NCBI RefSeq assembly: GCF_001194135.2
Contig: NC_068991.1
Span: forward strand, 77,682,630 to 77,746,438
Origin: Octopus bimaculoides
Taxonomy: Eukaryota
Direction of reading: 5' to 3'
DNA length: 63,809 nucleotides
A program made the translations under genes and the position numbers. The notes under the pieces were generated by a model, which saw only the letters and a program-made list of their open reading frames with translations, was not told the DNA's origin and searched no databases. Shown here one piece after another: positions 54,140 to 63,809 of this stretch. Within the stretch, counting starts at the first letter, position 1. Every line of letters starts with the position of its first letter.

Positions 54140-55107
54140 TGTATGTATGTATTTGTATATATATACACACACACACACAAACACACACACGTACACACGC
54201 ACACACGCATATTAAGATAAGGGAAGTAGGAAAAAGAGAGAGATTTTTGCATATTATGTATAGTCATTATTTACATATCTTGTTCATATTTAATGTGTAT
54301 GCATAGACACATACACGCATGTGTATGTGCATGTGTGTGAGTGTGTGTGTGTGTGTGTGTACTTTTGTGTGTGTGTGTGTGCATACACATGTTCTGACAG
54401 AGAAAGCAAGTCCTAGTGCACCCAGAATAACATTAAATATATAGAGATAGAGATAGAGAGAGAGGAAGAAAGATAATGAGGATAGAAGAACACAATGGAA
54501 AAAAAATCTATGTGGTATGCAGACAATGTAATTATTGAGGGCAGAAAACCTGCCTCATTGTGTCAGGGAAGCTGACTAAGCAACATAATTTTCAGTGCAA
54601 TAAGGACAGACGGTACTTTTTCACCGAAATAGCATCTAAAATCCTCTATGATGTAATTATAAAGGACACTAAGGCTTCATATAGATATTGTTGATTAATT
54701 ACCTCTTTTTATATTTAGACGAACTAAATTACATGTTTTATATTTAGCAATTCTAATAAATTGTTGTTGCTGTTGTTGTTCAGCCGCTGGTCATTCCTGG
54801 TGGAACAGAACTACAATCAAATTGTTTCCAGCCATGACCACCTCATACCGTTTCAGAATTTAGACTAAATCTAATGTCTTATATTTATATCTGAAGGTAT
54901 GAGCATGGCCATGTGGTATATTTCTGGGTTCCTAATCACATGATTCTGAATGCAGTTCCAGTGCATGGCACTTTGGACATGTGTCTTTCACTATTGCTCC
55001 TGGTTGGCCAAGGTCTGGTGAATGGACTTGGCACATGGAAACTGAAAGAAGTCCACCTACCTATGTATGTATGTATGTACATATGTATGTGTGTGTGTGT
55101 GTGTGTA

Positions 55108-55260
55108 TGATGCTACATGACTCAGTGGTTAGAGCATTGGGCTTACAGTTGTGAGATTGTGAGTTCAATCCCCAGACCAGGCTATGTGTTCTGTTCTTGA
55201 GCAAGACACTTAATTTCATGTTGCTCCAGTTGTTTCAGCTGTAGAAATGAGTTGTGACTC
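55108..55260 (+). mobile_element. tRNA-derived SINE head (another family)
   Basis: A box gactcagtggttagagca, B box gagttcaatccc, then tgtgttctgttcttgagcaagacactt. Confidence 0.65.
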
Positions 55261-56049
55261 TCAACACATGGCTATGATGTTCCCCCACTACTTAAGTTCC
55301 ATGTTAGGAGGTGGTTTAGCTAAGATCTTATTGGAACTTTTATTCTAACAATCATTAAGTTTGTTCACAAAATATATACAGCTATTATATGGTTTGTTTT
55401 TGGTCTTTGTTTTTGTATTTCTTTTGTTGAGAAAGAAAGCCTTGTTTGGGGGTGAATCAAGAAGTAGCTAAGTATTTTGAAATGTAAGATGAATCCTTTG
55501 TGCCCCTGTGCAGACATTGTTCATTTGTGGGAGGGAGCGAGCTAATGGCCAGGACCAATATTTGATCACTGCAAACAGAGCATTCGCATAGCTGTTCAGC
55601 AAGAAACTACAGAACCCTAATTGGTCATCGAATTTCACAGTGACTTCTCAAACACCCTGTACAAATAAATTAGTAGATTCAATGTAGGAGAATCGAGAAC
55701 CGACTTTAATGCAGTAAATATCATTTCTTGCAAACAGCAGCGTAATTAGGGATTTCAACATCTGGGCTTGGGGCAAAGACAACTTTGGTATCGCTACCTT
55801 AATTAACAGGCATGATAAGAAAGGAAATTTTGATCCAGGAGTGAGAGGATGACTGTCTTCCCAACTGTCACTTCCTATGCCTCTGCCAGGGAAAACAAAT
55901 TTATGACACAGAAAATGTATTACGTAAGCCAACTGCACTGTGTTAATAAAATGGTTAAACGAATTACCAAGTAACTCAAAAAAAACGAACACAGTCTGCT
56001 TTAGATGTAATAATGAACCAATGTTAATAATATATTATGAAGAAACATA

Positions 56050-56660
56050 AAAATTAAAGACAAAATTTTGTCATTAAATATAAGCTGGAGGCTGCTGAAC
56101 AAATTTCAGACGAATAAAGTAATTTACAAATTTGTAAGCAAACATGAAAGTTGCAAATTTCTTGACAGTGGAATGTTAGAGAAACTGTTGCTTTGGAGGT
56201 ATAAGTACAACCCATTTTCATTGGTTGACCATGCATATAAACCAAGGGTCACGACGATGCATAACATTATATAACACAGAAAACAATAACTAGCAAGAAA
56301 AACAACAGTTGACAGCACAAACAACAAACAGAAGACTAACAATGGAATCTAATATTTTATTTAAAGAAAATTAGAATGTTTGTTCTGCAATCTAAATTTT
56401 TTTATCAATTAATTATGAAATTGCTTGAGAATATGATTTTAACGAGTTTTTAAAATTTATTTATCACCTGATGAGATACATCTGCACCACTGGATGCTCC
56501 TGAACCAGTTGTTGAGTGTCCCACCCCTGAGAGATCAAGGCTAGATGTGTCGAAACAACTGTCGTGATTAATAATGAATTCTCGTATATTCCATCTTCTG
56601 TCTTTCATTTGTTATTTACCTAACGATCACTCTCAAAGTAACCGTGCTTTACCAGTAAGC
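56050..56660 (+). mobile_element. Penelope-like element 3' remnant (C-terminal fragment plus hammerhead-bearing terminal repeat)
   Basis: ORF LNISWRLLNK...SCKFLDSGMLEKLLLWRYKYNPFSLV resembles the PLE C-terminal pattern Y.I.W.IL...C.LC..EK..I (from memory, not searched); followed by a hammerhead at 56463. Confidence 0.55.
56463..56568 (+). ncRNA. type I hammerhead ribozyme
   Basis: Stem I ATCAC/GTGAT; core CTGATGA (56468-74); stem II GATACATCT/AGATGTGTC (9 bp, one G-U); GAAA (56552-55); stem III ACA-AC-TGT; cleavage triplet GTC (56561-63). Confidence 0.8.
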
Positions 56661-56687
56661 TACCAGGTGTAAACCATTCATTTTATA

Positions 56688-56751
<64 letters not shown>

Positions 56752-58451
56752 TACACGTGAATTCAGTTTCATTGTGACCAAAACACTTTCAGACAATTAC
56801 CAAGAAGAGCAAGAACTGTGTTCTCTACGTAATTTGGTTTTGTGATGCCAAAGCTGCTATTTGACCAACATTACGGTAAACATTATTTTTTTCTTAAGCT
56901 CCCTCTCTACTAATTAACACCAACTGGTATGTGTGATACTGGTCACATAATTATCATTTTATTCGTTGGACTTGGTTGTTATACGATAATCACACACTAG
57001 ATTACGAAAAATGAGAGGAGAAAACTCTATAAATGTCAATGGATCTAAGGAATTTACTGCTCTAATTAATACATAAGAATTAATTAAGATATATTAATAA
57101 TCCTGTATCAAAAATTAAAACTTGTGCACAGTTTTATGACAAGTTTGTGAGGAACCCATTGACCCAACGGATCTATAAGCGGGCTTAGCCTTACACATGC
57201 ACACATCATCATTGCCGTCATCATCATTGTCGTTACCACCATCATCACCACCACTAGTATCATTACCACCACCACTGTCATCTTCATCATCACCACCACC
57301 ATCGTGATCATTATCACTACCACCACCACCACCACCAGTGGCAAGAAATCTTGAAATAATGAGATACATACATAAATATATACATACATAAATATATACA
57401 TACATATATATGGTGTTAGGAAGGGCATCCAGTCATAGAAAGCAAGCCAAGTAAAACTGGAACCTGGTGCAGCTCTCTGGTTTACCAGTTCCAGTCAAAC
57501 AGTCTAACCCATACCAGCATGGAGAGTGGACGTTAAATGATGACGATGGTGGTGGTGGTGGTGGTGGTGATGATGATGATGATGATGATATATATGTATA
57601 TATAAACATACATATATATACGTTATTTTATGCACAACACAGCATAATCAAGAAGAAATGAAATAAATTGAAACATTACAAAGCCTCAAGCTATGAGAAG
57701 TACAAATATGCAAATTAGGCTATCCACTACAGTACTAGCCTAATGTATGATTGCTTTATATAACTCATTATAATTTCCATGCTATTGGTTCAAGAAGGAA
57801 ACCAACTATGTCTTCCTAAAGGATTGGTTAACAAAGAATGGAACATTTCTCCAGGAAATTCCTTCTCTATTTTTCCTAGGAATTTTCAACCTTTTTGTTA
57901 CAATATTTCTATTGAAATACATGACATTGACTCAAACAATTTTGAAAATAATGAAGCATTTAGTGAAATAAAATGTTTTTATTTAACCAGTATTTGAAAC
58001 ATAGATTAACATGAAATTTTTGATGGAAGGTTTTAATATAGGTTTTTTAAAAATGAAAATTGGCTCCATAGAAGCAAAGAAAGATTATTTATATTTACTT
58101 AATGAGTTTTGCAATTTCAGAAGCAGTATGAGATGGAAAAACTTGGCGCAATGTAATATTTGTCACAACTCTGTAAAACTAGTGTCGTCCTTCAAATGTA
58201 TCCGATGTGTGCTATGGTAAGAAAATTCTTTTCAAGTCAGATGGTGGAAAAAATAATCTTACGGATTATACTAAGCAAATGGAATGATCTAATAAAAAAA
58301 AATTTTTTAAATAGCAACTGGAACTTTTCAGAAATTTTACCTCCACTCATGGAATCTTCATATATGCTGTGCAGAATCTCTGCTGTCTTGGAACTGCATG
58401 ATATCCGAGTAAAGAAACAGCTATCATGGAATGTTAGACATGTTAGACATA

Positions 58452-58835
58452 GGCGCAGGAGTGGCTGTGTGGTAAGTAGCTTGCTTACCAGCCACATGGT
58501 TCCGGGTTCAGTCCCACTGCGTGGCACTTTGGGCAAGTGTCTTCTACTATAGCCTCAGGCCGACCAAAGCCTTGTGAGTGGATTTGGTAGACGGAAACTG
58601 AAAGAAGCCCGTTGTATATATGTATATATATATATGTGTCTGTGTTTGTCCCCCCAGCATTGCTGGACAACCGATGCTGGTGTGCTTACATCCGCGTAAC
58701 TTAGTGGTATGGTAAAAGGGACCGATAGAATATGTACTAGGCTTACAAAGAATAAGTCTTGGGGTCGATTTGCTCGACTAAAGGCGGTGCTCCAGCATGG
58801 CCACAGTCAAATGACTGAAACAAGTAAAAGAGAGA
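58452..58835 (+). mobile_element. tRNA-derived SINE (family A), full-length reference copy
   Basis: A box tggctgtgtggtaag, B box gggttcagtccc, body, (TA/TG)n, tail ggcggtgctccagcatggccacagtcaaatgactgaaacaagtaaaaga. Partial copies near 7620-7830, 47740-47940, 51900-52030, 53640-53830, 54900-55090, 59995-60215, 61620-61750 and 63140-63260. Confidence 0.92.
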
Positions 58836-60221
58836 GTAGAGTATGTTGACTCAAAATATTGCATAATTCCTGCTTTCTGTTTCTCACAACACTTTTGGAA
58901 ATCATGAAACCATGTGCTTCAACAAAGAGACATCAATAAAAATAAGAACCAGACTTGTAAAACAGAACTGGAATTGATGTTATTAAGTAAAACCCTTTAA
59001 AAGAGTAACCCCAAGATGGCCATAGTCTAACGACAAAAGCAAATAAAGGAATGGAGGAGTGTGTGTGTGGGTGTGTGTGGGTGTGTGTGGGTGTGCGCGC
59101 GCGCGTGTATGTATGTTATGTAAGTACACAAATGTATGTATGTTATACACAGATACACTTCCACAAATATGATCTATAAATATATTTTCTTTAGAGTATA
59201 TAAATGATAGTAGATGAATATGTGTGTGTGTGTGTGTGTGTGTATGTGTGTGTGTGTGTGTGCGTGTGAAGTCTATTCTATTTTTAAATGATTTAATCAT
59301 TAATGAGACGATAAATGGCGTGCCTTTTGTTCAACAGAAATAGAATGACAGAAATTGTAGAGAGAGAGAAAACTTGGAGAGAAATTAAAAATAAAACAAA
59401 CAACAAAACAAAAAGAACTTAAACCATAAACAACAGGAAGAAGTTAATAACAGCTAAATGCATCTGTGCAAGGGTGTGTGTGTGTGTGTGTTTCTCTGCA
59501 TAATTACATATACGTATGTAATATCATCATCATCATCATCATCATCAGCGTCGTCTTCATCATTGTTTTAACATCTACTTTTCCATGCTCGCACAGATCA
59601 AACAAGATCCATTGAAGCAGAATTTCCCTGGCCAGAAGCTCTTCCTGTTTCCAGTACTCACCAGTTTCCAAGGATGGTAATTTTCCCCTAGTTCGGAAAT
59701 GTTTCCTTGGAAGACCACAAGCATAAGCATCACCACTTCTACGAAGAGGGAGGCTGGTTTCCAATTAACGAGACACAGACATGCGCACACGCACACGCAC
59801 ACATTATGACAAATCATCATGATCATCCTTTAACGTCTCCTTTCCATGCTGGCATGGGTTGGACAGTTTGACCAGAGCTATCAGGCAGGAGATCTGCACC
59901 AGAGTCTTATTTCGCTTCTACATTTGGATGCCTTTTCTAATGCCAACAACTTTACAGTGTGTTCTTGGTGCTTTTAATGTGGCACCTGCTTGGATGTGTG
60001 TGTGTGTCTTAGTGTTCGTGTCTGTGTTTGTCCCCCTCCACTGCTTGACAACCGGTGTCGGTGTGTTTATGTCTCTGTAACTTAGTGATTTGGCAAAAGA
60101 GTAAGCAGAATGCTTTAAAAAATACTTAATGTGGTTGATTTGTTCAACTAAAATTCTTCAAAGTGATGCCCCTGCATGGCCGCAGTCGAATGAGTGAAAC
60201 AAGTAAAAAATAAAAGGTAAA

Positions 60222-60261
<40 letters not shown>

Positions 60262-60794
60262 GTATGTGTATTTTTTCAATGTTTACAAATAACACAGAAA
60301 ATATAAATAAATAGTTACCAGGCTAGCAAAAATTCACACAAGTACCAAGGATGTAACACCCTACTAATAAAGTACTTATATAGTGAAATGTTTTTGTATA
60401 ACATCGATAAATAAATAAATGGAGTTAAACGCAGGTGTTATTCAAATCTTTATACTTCCAACATATGTTTCGAAGAAACCATTAGTATTATTCCAGAAGG
60501 AATAAAATGATGTAAGACAATGCAATCTTGGTCTGCAAGAGTCTTGTGCTGATGCCATGTAGAAACCAATGATGCCGATGCCACATTAAAAACACTCAGC
60601 ACACTCTGTATAAATGGTTGGCATTAGGAAGGGCATCCAATCAAAGAAACCAACCTAAACAAGACTGGAACCTAGTACAGCTCTCCAACTGCCAGTTCTA
60701 GTCAAACTGTCCAACCCAGGCCAGCATGGAAAACGGACATTAAAGAAGGATGACAACGACGACGATGATGATGATGATGATGATGACGATGATG

Positions 60795-61602
60795 CACATG
60801 AGGTGCATTCCAGAAGTTTTGAGACTTTTCAAGAGTGACAGTTGTAACTGCTCTAGATTGTTGTAATTTTAGTAGAGTAATACACTACATCTAATAAGTT
60901 GACCTGCCAACATTTTTTTTGATTCCAGGTTGAAGGGGACAGCTTGAACAGCAGTTTGAGCAGCCCCTACTAAATGCTCCTGGTCACAGATGACCAGTTT
61001 GCAGGAACTGAAGACAGTTTGGTGTTAAACTGGGCAAAAATGCTCGACTGCTTCTGGATTAACTTGTAGGAGCTGAACATCTGTCTCTTTGCTAGTACAA
61101 GGGGCCAGACAAAGCAATTTCAATGGGAAGCTTATGGTGATCCCCTTTTTCGACAGCAAGGACATTGTCTCCATCAACTGAGTTCTCTCTGGCCAGACAG
61201 TCAACAAAGAGTACTCTGAGGGAGTTCAAGAAGAGATTTTGTTGCAAAAAGCCTGAGTTCTTCCAGTTGGATCAGTGACACCTGCACCCAGACAATGCTC
61301 CAGTCCACAATTCCATTCTGGTAACAACTGCTCAACAAAGACGGGCATTAAAACTGTTCTTCACCCTCCTTAAGGCCCAGACCTTGCTCCCTGTGACTTT
61401 TGGTTCTCTGCCAAACTAAAGGAGAAGATGAGGGTTGCTGGACATCTTCACTTTGGAAGACTTCCATGGGGCCTTCATGAAGTAACTGAAGCACAACAGC
61501 AAATGCAATGAAGTCAGTGGGTCCTGTTTTGGAGGAGATTAGAGTTTTGTGCTTTTGTACTTCACCCGAAAATCTCAAACTTTCTGGAATGCACCATCTG
61601 TG
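60795..61602 (+). mobile_element. internally deleted mariner-family transposon
   Basis: TIRs cacatgaggtgcattccagaagttttgagacttttc / gaaaatctcaaactttctggaatgcaccatctgtg; transposase relic KLMVIPFFDSK...GQTVNKEY...HPDNAPVHNS...HPP*GPDLAPCDFW (mariner HDNA and YSPDLAPCD motifs). Confidence 0.9.
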
Positions 61603-62379
61603 TGTGTATGTAAACACATATATAAGACAAGCTTCTTTCAGTTTCCGTCTCCCAAACCCACTTACATGGGACTTTGGTTCAACTGGGCCTCAAGTGCCAT
61701 GCAATGGGACTGGCCCAATGGGAAGTAATCCTCTTAACCACAGAGCCACACTTTATCAAAAAGTGAAGGTAATTTCTTGGAAAACAAAACATTTATGGAA
61801 TGAGTGCTTTTGCAGGGAAATGAAACGAATATTGCTGAGCAGAGTAATGGTTAGATGATGTAGAGCTTCTAATGTGATGCTTCCAGTATTGAAGTGGTGC
61901 GACAAAAATTCCATACATAATTAATGAGAGCAATGAATGGTTATTAACTATGCAGAAACATCAAGTGTTAGCAGAAGAGACTTTGGTTGATTAATAGTAA
62001 ATAGACAAACCGCAATGACTTCTCTGCCAAATGATGGCCTTTTCCATTGCGTTCAACTGTATTCTGGTTGAGAAGATTTCAAGTTCATGGAAGAGACACA
62101 GCACAAAGAGGGCACCAAGAGGGAGAGAGATGTTGGAAAAGAATTTGGCGAAAGAAAACCATTGATATTTATAATAAACAAAAATATTTTTTAGTTTTAG
62201 TTTTTAACCAGCAGAAGTTATAAAGTGACTTACAGGCTGAGTTTTTCAAACATGGCACTTATCAAATGGGTTTTAAATTAAGGGGGCTTCTTATTATAGT
62301 GACTATTACCAAACTGGTGACAAAAATATTAATAATTAGAAATTGTTCTTTATTTATATAATTTACAAACCTGTTTCAA

Positions 62380-62790
62380 ATTTTGGCACAATGCCAGAAA
62401 TTCTATGGGTAGGGGCTAGTTTCATTATGCTGACTCTAGTATTTGAATGGTACTTTATTTTGACCCTGAAAGGATAAAATGCAAAGTTGCCTTCAACAGG
62501 ATTTGAACTCAGCATGTAATGAACTGAAAGAAATGTCACTAAGCATTTTGTCCACTGTGCTAATGGTTCTGCAAGCTCACTATCTTTAATGGCTTCAGAT
62601 TTTGTCCCAAGGCCAGAAATTTTGAATCGAGAGAGAATTGGTTGACATCATTGATGCCGGAACTTGACTGGTACTTTACCTTACTGACCCCAAAAGGATG
62701 AAAAGTAAAATTTGACCACAGCAGAATTCGAGCTCAGAACAGAAGGAATATCACTAGACACTGTGTCCAGCACTCTGACAATTCAACCAG
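62380..62790 (-). mobile_element. two tandem degenerate family B SINE copies
   Basis: Each shows tggtacttta...tgaccc..aaaggat.aaa...aaa...ga.tt.ga.ctcag. Confidence 0.65.
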
Positions 62791-63259
62791 CTCACCACTT
62801 TTAAGATGCAATTTACAAAATTAATAATTGAAAATTTCTAATTATTTCCAAATTACCAATTCATTAGAGTTTATAATTTAAGAAATCAAAATGTGTGACC
62901 CATCCACATTCTGAGCACAAATGTGCAAAAATTGATTTTTCTCTTTTGTCGATTTGTTTCACGTTTTTATTTTTCCTGATTAAGACTGTCTGTTAATATT
63001 TCTTCAGAATAAAAAATGTCAAATGGTCCTCATAAACTTTTAATTCTTGTCAGAATTTTTCATTTTTACAAACATAACTCTTTGAGGGCGTTTTTGTTTC
63101 CTCTTTTTGTTCCCTTCAAATATTTATTGGTCAATATATATAGGTGCAGGCATCAGTGTGTGGTAAAGAGGTTTGCATTGCAATCGTAAGGGTCTGAGCT
63201 GAGTCCCACTGCAAACCAATGTCTTGTGATTGGATTTGGTAGATGGAAACTGAAAGAAG

Positions 63260-63310
63260 CCTCTTCACTGACAAAATTCCGTGCTGCATGGAATTTTGTC
63301 AGTGAAGAGG
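63260..63310. other. perfect 21-bp inverted repeat with 9-nt loop
   Basis: CCTCTTCACTGACAAAATTCC-gtgctgcat-GGAATTTTGTCAGTGAAGAGG. Confidence 0.95.
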
Positions 63311-63809
63311 TCACAGTCTTAAAGCGACAAAAATATTTTGGTAAATTAAACTTAAATGTTGAAGTGAATCTAACAGTTTTTATGTGTTTTTAAATGGCTT
63401 ATAAACACCTTCCACGCTGTAATTGTTTTCATTCCAGCACACGATCTCAGACCAGGTCACTTGGTATGCAAGTACACCTCTGTAATATATATATTTGAGG
63501 TTGATCTCACCTTCTGTCTCTGTAAAGGTGATGAAAACAAGTACCAGTCATGTATTGGAGTCAAATTTCCTATATTCCTTTCTCACAAACTTGTTCCTGT
63601 TTGGGAACTCATTGTGAATATGATGATGTTAATGATGACAACAGCTATGATAGTAATAATGCTGATGCTAATGACAGCTTTGATGACGATGGTGATGATG
63701 ATGATGATGGTGATGACCATTATATAAAGTTTTAAGTTGTTTATATTCCAAAGCATTTCAGCCTTGACTCCCCGCCCATTTCGTATTAGTGTCTCTAGGA
63801 CTACATTAT

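Noticed and set aside
1-63809. CRISPR arrays, rRNA genes, prokaryotic operons or defence systems
   Set aside because: None seen. The sequence is eukaryotic repeat-rich DNA, and the tandem repeats lack unique spacers and cas genes.

Overview
Eukaryotic, AT-rich, microsatellite-saturated DNA from a gapped short-read assembly (13 N-gaps, nearly all flanked by simple repeats). The SINE and RTE-tail families resemble those I recall from Octopus, so the source is probably an octopod cephalopod (inference). I found no confidently recognisable host protein-coding gene; the long six-frame ORFs are microsatellite or N artefacts. The window is mostly decayed mobile DNA: a Gypsy gag remnant (~8.0-8.5 kb), a minus-strand Gypsy gag-pol relic (~11.6-16.5 kb) interrupted by a mariner and an RTE tail, a second mariner relic (60.8-61.6 kb), several RTE/LINE fragments, TTAA-type MITEs and many tRNA-derived SINEs. 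The most notable signals are RNA-structural: a near-complete type I hammerhead ribozyme (56463-56568) behind a Penelope-like C-terminal remnant, and a tRNA-headed SINE whose two copies (34.4 kb, 41.6 kb) carry a minimal Penelope-type hammerhead. A CpG-rich, repeat-poor block (~19.6-24.7 kb) with candidate minus-strand exons, and a five-CCAAT-box cluster (~11 kb), may mark host promoters. Repeat boundaries are approximate and were read by eye.
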